Part shown: piece after piece, positions 1 through 11,934 of the stretch
How the letters are laid out: each line of letters begins with the position of its first letter
Position numbering within the stretch: position 1 is the first letter of the stretch
Assembly (NCBI GenBank): GCA_964057225.1
Contig: OZ059896.1
Span: 20,460,001-20,524,000, forward strand
Origin: Auanema rhodensis
Taxonomy: Eukaryota > Animalia > Nematoda
Reading direction: 5' to 3'
DNA: 64,000 nucleotides
The notes under the pieces: model-generated
Database searches by the model: none
What the model was told of the DNA's origin: nothing
What the model saw: only the letters and a program-made list of their open reading frames with translations
Translations under genes and position numbers: made by a program

Positions 1-34
1 AGTTATGATCGTTTGAAAAATGATGCATTAGTGT

Positions 35-62
35 ATGTTGAGTTTCCATGTACACTCAACAT
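35..62. other. Perfect 9-bp inverted repeat with 10-nt loop, once per monomer
   Basis: ATGTTGAGT-TTCCATGTAC-ACTCAACAT. Confidence 0.85.
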
Positions 63-75
63 TGCTTCCAAAAAC

Positions 76-110
76 ATTTTGACAAAAATTTTTTCGAAAA
101 ATTTCAAAAT
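76..110. other. A/T-tract palindrome centred on TTTTTCGAAAAA (90-101)
   Basis: 12-bp perfect palindrome, flanked by ATTTTGA (76-82) and TCAAAAT (104-110). Confidence 0.8.
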
Positions 111-212
111 AATTTAGCAAAAAGTAGATGTTTTTAGATTCCATTTTTCAAGGCAAAGACGATGGACAATGTTATTCAACGAAAAAATTAATTCTTCAGG
201 GTGAAAATCGAG

Positions 213-234
213 GATATAAGTGTGAACTTATATC
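213..234. other. Perfect 9-bp inverted repeat with 4-nt GTGA loop, once per monomer
   Basis: GATATAAGT-GTGA-ACTTATATC. Confidence 0.85.
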
Positions 235-244
235 AGTTGATATC

Positions 245-311
245 TCGGTGCATTTTTAAGCTAGCGCAAATCTGATAACAGAGATCGACGCAGCTTAAAA
301 ATCCGCATCGA
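245..311. other. Long imperfect inverted repeat (~67 nt hairpin/cruciform potential), once per monomer
   Basis: ATTTTTAAGCT (252-262) is the exact reverse complement of AGCTTAAAAAT (292-302). Outer arm TCGGTGC/GCATCGA; inner arms GCG/CGC and ATCT(G)/(C)AGAT. Confidence 0.85.
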
Positions 312-1053
312 ATGCACTATACTACATTGAGAAACGCTTAATACAAAAATTAGTTATGATCGTTTGAAAAATGATGCATTAGTGTATGTTGAGTTTCCAT
401 GTACACTCAACATTGCTTCCAAAAACATTTTGACAAAAATTTTTTCGAAAAATTTCGAAATAATTTAGCAAAAAGTAGATGTTTTTAGATTCCTTTTTTC
501 AAGGCAAAGACGATGGACAATGTTATTCAACGGAAAAAGTATTTCTTCAGGGTGAAAATCGAGGATATAAGTGTGAACTTATATCAGTTGATATCTCGGT
601 GCATTTTTAAGCTAGCGCAAATCTGATAACACAGATCGACGCAGCTTAAAAATCCGCATCGAATGCACTATACTACATTGAGAAACGCTTAATACAAAAA
701 TTAGTTATGATCGTTTGAAAAATGATGCATTAGTGTATGTTGATTTTCCATGTACACTCAACATTGCTTCCAAAAACATTTTGACAAAAATTTTTTCGAA
801 AAATTTCAAAATAATTTAGCAAAAAGTAGATGTTTTTAGATTCCAGTTTTCAAGGCAAAGACGATGGACAATGTTATTCAACGAAAAAATTAATTCTTCA
901 GGGTGAAAATCGAGGATATATGTGTGAACTTATATCAGTTGATATCTCGGTGCATTTTTAAGCTAGCGCAAATCTGATAACACAGATCGACGCAGCTTAA
1001 AAATCCGCATCGAATGCACTATACTACATTGAGAAACGCTTAATACAAAAATT

Positions 1054-2457
1054 AGTTATGATCGTTTGAAAAATGATGCATTAGTGTATGTTGAGTTTCC
1101 ATGTACACTCAACATTGCTTCCAAAAACATTTTGACAAAAATTTTTTCGAAAAATTTCAAAATAATTTAGCAAAAAGTAGATGTTTTTAGATTCCTTTTT
1201 TCAAGGCAAAGACGATGGACAATGTTATTCAACGAAAAAATTATTCCTTCAGGGTGAAAATCGAGGATATAAGTGTGAACTTATATCAGTTGATATCTCG
1301 GTGCATTTTTAAGCTAGCGCAAATCTGATAACAGAGATCGACGCAGCTTAAAAATCCGCATCGAATGCACTATACTACATTGAAAAACGCTTAATACAAA
1401 AATTAGTTATGATCGTTTGAAAAATGATGCATTAGTGTATGTTGAGTTTCCATGTACACTCAACATTGCTTCCAAAAACATTTTGACAAAAATTTTTTCG
1501 AAAAATTTCAAAATAATTTAGCAAAAAGTTGATGTTTTTAGATTCCATTTTTCAAGGCAAAGACGATGGACAATGTTATTCAACGAAAAAATTAATTCTT
1601 CAGGGTGAAAATCGAGGATATAAGAGTGAACTTATATCAGTTGATATCTCGGTGCATTTTTAAGCTAGCGCAAATCTGATAACAGAGATCGACGCAGCTT
1701 AAAAATCCGCATCGAATGCACTATACTACATTGAAAAACGCTTAATACAAAAATTAGTTATGATCGTTTGAAAAATGATGCATTAGTGTATGTTGAGTTT
1801 CCATGTACACTCAACATTGCTTCCAAAAACATTTTGACAAAAATTTTTTCGAAAAATTTCAAAATAATTTAGCAAAAAGTAGATGTTTTTAGATTCCTTT
1901 TTTCAAGGCAAAGACGATGGACAATGTTATTCAACGAAAAAATTATTCCTTCAGGGTGAAAATCGAGGATATAAGTGTGAACTTATATCAGTTGATATCT
2001 CGGTGCATTTTTAAGCTAGCGCAAATCTGATAACAGAGATCGACGCAGCTTAAAAATCCGCATCGAATGCACTATACTACATTGAAAAACGCTTAATACA
2101 AAAATTAGTTATGATCGTTTGAAAAATGATGCATTAGTGTATGTTGAGTTTCCATGTACACTCAACATTGCTTCCAAAAACATTTTGACAAAAATTTTTT
2201 CGAAAAATTTCAAAATAATTTAGCAAAAAGTTGATGTTTTTAGATTCCATTTTTCAAGGCAAAGACGATGGACAATGTTATTCAACGAAAAAATTAATTC
2301 TTCAGGGTGAAAATCGAGGATATAAGAGTGAACTTATATCAGTTGATATCTCGGTGCATTTTTAAGCTAGCGCAAATCTGATAACAGAGATCGACGCAGC
2401 TTAAAAATCCGCATCGAATGCACTATACTACATTGAAAAACGCTTAATACAAAAATT
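1054..2457. repeat. 2-mer (702 bp) tandem duplication, M4-5 = M6-7
   Basis: Private variants TTATTCCTT (M4, M6) and AAAGTTGATG (M5, M7) recur 702 bp apart. Confidence 0.9.
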
Positions 2458-5265
2458 AGTTATGATCGTTTGAAAAATGATGCATTAGTGTATGTTGAGT
2501 TTCCATGTACACTCAACATTGCTTCCAAAAACATTTTGACAAAAATTTTTTCGAAAAATTTCAAAATAATTTAGCAAAAAGTAGATGTTTTTAGATTCCA
2601 GTTTTCAAGGCAAAGACGATGGACAATGTTATTCAACGAAAAAATTAATTCTTCAGGGTGAAAATCGAGGATATAAGTGTGAACTTATATCAGTTGATAT
2701 CTCGTTGCATTTTTAAGCTAGCGCAAATCTGATAACAGAGATCGACGCAGCTTAAAAATCCGCATCGAATGCACTATACTACATTGAAAAACGCTTAATA
2801 CAAAAATTAGTTATGATCGTTTGAAAAATGATGCATTAGTGTATGTTGAGTTTCCATGTACACTCAACATTGCTTCCAAAAACATTTTGACAAAAATTTT
2901 TTCGAAAAATTTCAAAATAATTTAGCAAAAAGTAGATGTTTTTAGATTCCATTTTTCAAGGCAAAGACGATGGACAATGTTATTCAACGAAAAAATTAAT
3001 TCTTCAGGGTGAAAATCGAGGATATAAGAGTGAACTTATATCAGTTGATATCTCGGTGCATTTTTAAGCTAGCGCAAATCTGATAACACAGATCGACGCA
3101 GCTTAAAAATCCGCATCGAATGCACTATACTACATTGAAAAACGCTTAATACAAAAATTAGTTATGATCGTTTGAAAAATGATGCATTAGTGTATGTTGA
3201 GTTTCCATGTACACTCAACATTGCTTCCAAAAACATTTTGACAAAAATTTTTTCGAAAAATTTCAAAATAATTTAGCAAAAAGTAGATGTTTTTAGATTC
3301 CAGTTTTCAAGGCAAAGACGATGGACAATGTTATTCAACGAAAAAATTAATTCTTCAGGGTGAAAATCGAGGATATAAGTGTGAACTTATATCAGTTGAT
3401 ATCTCGGTGCATTTTTAAGCTAGCGCAAATCTGATAACAGAGATCGACGCAGCTTAAAAATCCGCATCGAATGCACTATACTACATTGAAAAACGCTTAA
3501 TACAAAAATTAGTTATGATCGTTTGAAAAATGATGCATTAGTGTATGTTGAGTTTCCATGTACACTCAACATTGCTTCCAAAAACATTTTGACAAAAATT
3601 TTTTCGAAAAATTTCAAAATAATTTAGCAAAAAGTAGATGTTTTTAGATTCCATTTTTTAAGGCAAAGACGATGGACAATGTTATTCAACGAAAAAATTA
3701 ATTCTTCAGGGTGAAAATCGAGGATATAAGAGTGAACTTATATCAGTTGATATCTCGGTGCATTTTTAAGCTAGCGCAAATCTGATAACACAGATCGACG
3801 CAGCTTAAAAATCCGCATCGAATGCACTATACTACATTGAGAAACGCTTAATACAAAAATTAGTTATGATCGTTTGAAAAATGATGCATTAGTGTATGTT
3901 GAGTTTCCATGTACACTCAACATTGCTTCCAAAAACATTTTGACAAAAATTTTTTCGAAAAATTTCGAAATAATTCAGCAAAAAGTAGATGTTTTTAGAT
4001 TCCAGTTTTCAAGGCAAAGACGATGGACAATGTTATTCAACGAAAAAATTAATTCTTCAGGGTGAAAATCGAGGATATAAGTGTGAACTTATATCAGTTG
4101 ATATCTCGGTGCATTTTTAAGCTAGCGCAAATCTGATAACAGAGATCGACGCAGCTTAAAAATCCGCATCGAATGCACTATACTACATTGAAAAACGCTT
4201 AATACAAAAATTAGTTATGATCGTTTGAAAAATGATGCATTAGTGTATGTTGAGTTTCCATGTACACTCAACATTGCTTCCAAAAACATTTTGACAAAAA
4301 TTTTTTCGAAAAATTTCGAAATAATTTAGCAAAAAGTAGATGTTTTTAGATTCCAGTTTCCAAGGCAAAGACGATGGACAATGTTATTCAACGAAAAAAT
4401 TAATTCTTCAGGGTGAAAATCGAGGATATAAGTGTGAACTTATATCAGTTGATATCTCGGTGCATTTTTAAGCTAGCGCAAATCTGATAACAGAGATCGA
4501 CGCAGCTTAAAAATCCGCATCGAATGCACTATACTACATTGAAAAACGCTTAATACAAAAATTAGTTATGATCGTTTGAAAAATGATGCATTAGTGTATG
4601 TTGAGTTTCCATGTACACTCAACATTGCTTCCAAAAACATTTTGACAAAAATTTTTTCGAAAAATTTCAAAATAATTTAGCAAAAAGTAGATGTTTTTAG
4701 ATTCCATTTTTCAAGGCAAAGACGATGGACAATGTTATTCAACGAAAAAATTAATTCTTCAGGGTGAAAATCGAGGATATAAGAGTGAACTTATATCAGT
4801 TGATATCTCGGTGCATTTTTAAGCTAGCGCAAATCTGATAACACAGATCGACGCAGCTTAAAAATCCGCATCGAATGCACTATACTACATTGAAAAACGC
4901 TTAATACAAAAATTAGTTATGATCGTTTGAAAAATGATGCATTAGTGTATGTTGAGTTTCCATGTACACTCAACATTGCTTCCAAAAACATTTTGACAAA
5001 AATTTTTTCGAAAAATTTCAAAATAATTTAGCAAAAAGTAGATGTTTTTAGATTCCAGTTTTCAAGGCAAAGACGATGGACAATGTTATTCAACGAAAAA
5101 ATTAATTCTTCAGGGTGAAAATCGAGGATATAAGTGTAAACTTATATCAGTTGATATCTCGGTGCATTTTTAAGCTAGCGCAAATCTGATAACAGAGATC
5201 GACGCAGCTTAAAAATCCGCATCGAATGCACTATACTACATTGAAAAACGCTTAATACAAAAATT

Positions 5266-8073
5266 AGTTATGATCGTTTGAAAAATGATGCATTAGTGTA
5301 TGTTGAGTTTCCATGTACACTCAACATTGCTTCCAAAAACATTTTGACAAAAATTTTTTCGAAAAATTTCAAAATAATTTAGCAAAAAGTAGATGTTTTT
5401 AGATTCCATTTTTCAAGGCAAAGACGATGGACAATGTTATTCAACGAAAAAATTAATTCTTCAGGGTGAAAATCGAGGATATAAGAGTGAACTTATATCA
5501 GTTGATATCTCGGTGCATTTTTAAGCTAGCGCAAATCTGATAACACAGATCGACGCAGCTTAAAAATCCGCATCGAATGCACTATACTACATTGAGAAAC
5601 GCTTAATACAAAAATTAGTTATGATCGTTTGAAAAATGATGCATTAGTGTATGTTGAGTTTCCATGTACACTCAACATTGCTTCCAAAAACATTTTGACA
5701 AAAATTTTTTCGAAAAATTTCGAAATAATTTAGCAAAAAGTAGATGTTTTTAGATTCCTTTATTCAAGGCAAAGACGATGGACAATGTTATTCAACGAAA
5801 AAATTAATTCTTTAGGGTGAAAATCGAGGATATAAGTGTGAACTTATATCAGTTGATATCTTGGTGCATTTTTAAGCTAGCGCAAATCTGATAACACAGA
5901 TCGACGCAGCTTAAAAATCCGCATCGAATGCACTATACTACATTGAGAAACGCTTAATACAAAAATTAGTTATGATCGTTTGAAAAATGATGCATTAGTG
6001 TATGTTGAGTTTCCATGTACACTCAACATTGCTTCCAAAAACATTTTGACAAAAATTTTTTCGAAAAATTTCGAAATAATTTAGCAAAAAGTAGATGTTT
6101 TTAGATTCCTTTATTCAAGGCAAAGACGATGGACAATGTTATTCAACGAAAAAATTAATTCTTTAGGGTGAAAATCGAGGATATAAGTGTGAACTTATAT
6201 CAGTTGATATCTTGGTGCATTTTTAAGCTAGCGCAAATCTGATAACACAGATCGACGCAGCTTAAAAATCCGCATCGAATGCGCTATACTACATTGAAAA
6301 ACGCTTAATACAAAAATTAGTTATGATCGTTTGAAAAATGATGCATTAGTGTATGTTGAGTTTCCATGTACACTCAACATTGCTTCCAAAAACATTTTGA
6401 CAAAAATTTTTTCGAAAAATTTCAAAATAATTTAGCAAAAAGTAGATGTTTTTAGATTCCATTTTTCAAGGCAAAGACGATGGACAATGTTATTCAACGA
6501 AAAAATTAATTCTTCAGGGTGAAAATCGAGGATATAAGTGTGAACTTATATCAGTTGATATCTCGGTGCATTTTCAAGCTAGCGCAAATCTGATAACACA
6601 GATCGACGCAGCTTAAAAATGCGCATCGAATGCACTATACTACATTGAAAAACGCTTAATACAAAAATTAGTTATGATCGTTTGAAAAATGATGCATTAG
6701 TGTATGTTGAGTTTCCATGTACACTCAACATTGCTTCCAAAAACATTTTGACAAAAATTTTTTCGAAAAATTTCAAAATAATTTAGCAAAAAGTAGATGT
6801 TTTTAGATTCCATTTTTCAAGGCAAAGACGATGGACAATGTTATTCAACGAAAAAATTAATTCTTCAGGGTGAAAATCGAGGATATAAGAGTGAACTTAT
6901 ATCAGTTGATATCTCGGTGCATTTTTAAGCTAGCGCAAATCTGATAACACAGATCGACGCAGCTTAAAAATCCGCATCGAATGCACTATACTACATTGAG
7001 AAACGCTTAATACAAAAATTAGTTATGATCGTTTGAAAAATGATGCATTAGTGTATGTTGAGTTTCCATGTACACTCAACATTGCTTCCAAAAACATTTT
7101 GACAAAAATTTTTTCGAAAAATTTCGAAATAATTTAGCAAAAAGTAGATGTTTTTAGATTCCTTTATTCAAGGCAAAGACGATGGACAATGTTATTCAAC
7201 GAAAAAATTAATTCTTTAGGGTGAAAATCGAGGATATAAGTGTGAACTTATATCAGTTGATATCTTGGTGCATTTTTAAGCTAGCGCAAATCTGATAACA
7301 CAGATCGACGCAGCTTAAAAATCCGCATCGAATGCACTATACTACATTGAGAAACGCTTAATACAAAAATTAGTTATGATCGTTTGAAAAATGATGCATT
7401 AGTGTATGTTGAGTTTCCATGTACACTCAACATTGCTTCCAAAAACATTTTGACAAAAATTTTTTCGAAAAATTTCGAAATAATTTAGCAAAAAGTAGAT
7501 GTTTTTAGATTCCTTTATTCAAGGCAAAGACGATGGACAATGTTATTCAACGAAAAAATTAATTCTTTAGGGTGAAAATCGAGGATATAAGTGTGAACTT
7601 ATATCAGTTGATATCTTGGTGCATTTTTAAGCTAGCGCAAATCTGATAACACAGATCGACGCAGCTTAAAAATCCGCATCGAATGCGCTATACTACATTG
7701 AAAAACGCTTAATACAAAAATTAGTTATGATCGTTTGAAAAATGATGCATTAGTGTATGTTGAGTTTCCATGTACACTCAACATTGCTTCCAAAAACATT
7801 TTGACAAAAATTTTTTCGAAAAATTTCAAAATAATTTAGCAAAAAGTAGATGTTTTTAGATTCCATTTTTCAAGGCAAAGACGATGGACAATGTTATTCA
7901 ACGAAAAAATTAATTCTTCAGGGTGAAAATCGAGGATATAAGTGTGAACTTATATCAGTTGATATCTCGGTGCATTTTCAAGCTAGCGCAAATCTGATAA
8001 CACAGATCGACGCAGCTTAAAAATGCGCATCGAATGCACTATACTACATTGAAAAACGCTTAATACAAAAATT
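5266..8073. repeat. 4-mer (1404 bp) tandem duplication, M16-19 = M20-23
   Basis: Same order of four haplotypes twice. Marker A316G (GCGCT) at 6283 and 7687. Confidence 0.9.
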
Positions 8074-10179
8074 AGTTATGATCGTTTGAAAAATGATGCA
8101 TTAGTGTATGTTGAGTTTCCATGTACACTCAACATTGCTTCCAAAAACATTTTGACAAAAATTTTTTCGAAAAATTTCAAAATAATTTAGCAAAAAGTAG
8201 ATGTTTTTAGATTCCATTTTTCAAGGCAAAGACGATGGACAGTGTTATTCAACGAAAAAAATAATTCTTCAGGGTGAAAATCGAGGATATAAGTGTGAAC
8301 TTATATCAGTTGATATCTCGGTGCATTTTTCAGCTAGCGCAAATCTGATAACACAGATCGACGCAGCTTAAAAATCCGCATCGAATGCACTATACTACAT
8401 TGAGAAACGCTTAATACAAAAATTAGTTATGATCGTTTGAAAAATGATGCATTAGTGTATGTTGAGTTTCCATGTACACTCAACATTGCTTCCAAAAACA
8501 TTTTGACAAAAATTTTTTCGAAAAATTTCAAAATAATTTAGCAAAAAGTAGATGTTTTTAGATTCCATTTTTCAAGGCAAAGACGATGGACAATGTTATT
8601 CAACGAAAAAATTAATTCTTCAGGGTGAAAATCGAGGATATAAGAGTGAACTTATATTAGTTGATATCTCGGTGCATTTTTAAGCTAGCGCAAATCTGAT
8701 AACACAGATCGACGCAGCTTAAAAATCCGCATCGAATGCACTATACTACATTGAGAAACGCTTAATACAAAAATTAGTTATGATCGTTTGAAAAATGATG
8801 CATTAGTGTATGTTGAGTTTCCATGTACACTCAACATTGCTTCCAAAAACATTTTGACAAAAATTTTTTCGAAAAATTTCGAAATAATTTAGCAAAAAGT
8901 AGATGTTTTTAGATTCCTTTATTCAAGGCAAAGACGATGGACAATGTTATTCAACGAAAAAATTAATTCTTTAGGGTGAAAATCGAGGATATAAGAGTGA
9001 ACTTATATCAGTTGATATCTCGGTGCATTTTCAAGCTAGCGCAAATCTGATAACACAGATCGACGCAGCTTAAAAATGCGCATCGAATGCACTATACTAC
9101 ATTGAAAAACGCTTAATACAAAAATTAGTTATGATCGTTTGAAAAATGATGCATTAGTGTATGTTGAGTTTCCATGTACACTCAACATTGCTTCCAAAAA
9201 CATTTTGACAAAAATTTTTTCGAAAAATTTCAAAATAATTTAGCAAAAAGTAGATGTTTTTAGATTCCATTTTTCAAGGCAAAGACGATGGACAGTGTTA
9301 TTCAACGAAAAAAATAATTCTTCAGGGTGAAAATCGAGGATATAAGTGTGAACTTATATCAGTTGATATCTCGGTGCATTTTTCAGCTAGCGCAAATCTG
9401 ATAACACAGATCGACGCAGCTTAAAAATCCGCATCGAATGCACTATACTACATTGAGAAACGCTTAATACAAAAATTAGTTATGATCGTTTGAAAAATGA
9501 TGCATTAGTGTATGTTGAGTTTCCATGTACACTCAACATTGCTTCCAAAAACATTTTGACAAAAATTTTTTCGAAAAATTTCAAAATAATTTAGCAAAAA
9601 GTAGATGTTTTTAGATTCCATTTTTCAAGGCAAAGACGATGGACAATGTTATTCAACGAAAAAATTAATTCTTCAGGGTGAAAATCGAGGATATAAGAGT
9701 GAACTTATATTAGTTGATATCTCGGTGCATTTTTAAGCTAGCGCAAATCTGATAACACAGATCGACGCAGCTTAAAAATCCGCATCGAATGCACTATACT
9801 ACATTGAGAAACGCTTAATACAAAAATTAGTTATGATCGTTTGAAAAATGATGCATTAGTGTATGTTGAGTTTCCATGTACACTCAACATTGCTTCCAAA
9901 AACATTTTGACAAAAATTTTTTCGAAAAATTTCGAAATAATTTAGCAAAAAGTAGATGTTTTTAGATTCCTTTATTCAAGGCAAAGACGATGGACAATGT
10001 TATTCAACGAAAAAATTAATTCTTTAGGGTGAAAATCGAGGATATAAGAGTGAACTTATATCAGTTGATATCTCGGTGCATTTTCAAGCTAGCGCAAATC
10101 TGATAACACAGATCGACGCAGCTTAAAAATGCGCATCGAATGCACTATACTACATTGAAAAACGCTTAATACAAAAATT
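8074..10179. repeat. 3-mer (1053 bp) tandem duplication, M24-26 = M27-29
   Basis: Private SNP C234T (TATATTAG) at 8658 and 9711. The same chimeric monomer occurs at 8776 and 9829. Confidence 0.9.
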
Positions 10180-11934
10180 AGTTATGATCGTTTGAAAAAT
10201 GATGCATTAGTGTATGTTGAGTTTCCATGTACACTCAACATTGCTTCCAAAAACATTTTGACAAAAATGTTTTCGAAAAATTTCAAAAAAATTTAGCAAA
10301 AAGTAGATGTTTTTAGATTCCATTTTTCAAGGCAAAGACGATGGACAGTGTTATTCAACGAAAAAAATAATTCTTCAGGGTGAAAATCGAGGATATAAGT
10401 GTGAACTTATATCAGTTGATATCTCGGTGCATTTTTCAGCTAGCGCAAATCTGATAACACAGATCGACGCAGCTTAAAAATCCGCATCGAATGCACTATA
10501 CTACATTGAGAAACGCTTAATACAAAAATTAGTTATGATCGTTTGAAAAATGATGCATTAGTGTATGTTGAGTTTCCATGTACACTCAACATTGCTTCCA
10601 AAAACATTTTGACAAAAATTTTTTCGAAAAATTTCAAAATAATTTAGCAAAAAGTAGATGTTTTTAGATTCCATTTTTCAAGGCAAAGACGATGGACAAT
10701 GTTATTCAACGAAAAAATTAATTCTTCAGGGTGAAAATCGAGGATATAAGTGTGAACTTATATCAGTTGATATCTCGGTGCATTTTCAAGCTAGCGCAAA
10801 TCTGATAACACAGATCGACGCAGCTTAAAAATGCGCATCGAATGCACTATACTACATTGAAAAACGCTTAATACAAAAATTAGTTATGATCGTTTGAAAA
10901 ATGATGCATTAGTGTATGTTGAGTTTCCATGTACACTCAACATTGCTTCCAAAAACATTTTGACAAAAATTTTTTCGAAAAATTTCAAAATAATTTAGCA
11001 AAAAGTAGATGTTTTTAGATTCCATTTTTCAAGGCAAAGACGATGGACAGTGTTATTCAACGAAAAAAATAATTCTTCAGGGTGAAAATCGAGGATATAA
11101 GTGTGAACTTATATCAGTTGATATCTTGGTGCATTTTTAAGCTAGCGCAAATCTGATAACACAGATCGACGCAGCTTAAAAATCCGCATCGAATGCGCTA
11201 TACTACATTGAAAAACGCTCAATACAAAAATTAGTTATGATCGTTTGAAAAATGATGCATTAGTGTATGTTGAGTTTCCATGTACACTCAACATTGCTTC
11301 CAAAAACATTTTGACAAAAATTTTTTCGAAAAATTTCAAAATAATTTAGCAAAAAGTAGATGTTTTTAGATTCCATTTTTCAAGGCAAAGACGATGGACA
11401 ATGTTATTCAACGAAAAAATTAATTCTTCAGGGTGAAAATCGAGGATATAAGTGTGAACTTATATCAGTTGATATCTCGGTGCATTTTCAAGCTAGCGCA
11501 AATCTGATAACACAGATCGACGCAGCTTAAAAATGCGCATCGAATGCACTATACTACATTGAAAAACGCTTAATACAAAAATTAGTTATGATCGTTTGAA
11601 AAATGATGCATTAGTGTATGTTGAGTTTCCATGTACACTCAACATTGCTTCCAAAAACATTTTGACAAAAATTTTTTCGAAAAATTTCAAAATAATTTAG
11701 CAAAAAGTAGATGTTTTTAGATTCCATTTTTCAAGGCAAAGACGATGGACAGTGTTATTCAACGAAAAAAATAATTCTTCAGGGTGAAAATCGAGGATAT
11801 AAGTGTGAACTTATATCAGTTGATATCTCGGTGCATTTTTCAGCTAGCGCAAATCAGATAACACAGATCGACGCAGCTTAAAAATCCGCATCGAATGCAC
11901 TATACTACATTGAGAAACGCTTAATACAAAAATT

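Larger units (their letters stand above)
1..351. repeat. Reference monomer (arbitrary register). Single NsiI (23), BsrGI (49), BstBI (93), EcoRV (239) and NheI (260) sites per consensus unit
   Basis: Read directly: ATGCAT, TGTACA, TTCGAA, GATATC and GCTAGC each occur once per consensus monomer. Confidence 0.95.

Noticed and set aside
168-184. CENP-B box-like motif on the minus strand (TTTCGTTGAATAACATT)
   Set aside because: Matches only the 5' half of YTTCGTTGGAARCGGGA; the essential CGGG is absent.
14-224. Ancestral dimer of ~175-bp halves (TGAAAAATGATGCATTAGTGT at 14 vs TGAAAATCGAGGATATAAGTGT at 202)
   Set aside because: The similarity is short, gapped and AT-rich and does not extend by eye; it needs a self dot-plot with shuffled controls.
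1-351. Tandem 5S rRNA, tRNA, snRNA or SL gene unit, or Drosophila 359-bp (1.688) satellite
   Set aside because: No recognisable conserved RNA gene motifs, and no similarity that I can recognise beyond length and AT-richness.
272-370. Hammerhead ribozyme, as found in some newt, cricket and schistosome satellites
   Set aside because: CTGATAA (+) and CTGATAT (-) deviate from CUGANGA, and no correctly placed stem II-GAAA-stem III-UH was found.
3874-4065. 63-aa ORF (TTG start)
   Set aside because: Open only because of a TAG->CAG change in this monomer. Nearly all other copies have the stop, and there is no recognisable protein motif.
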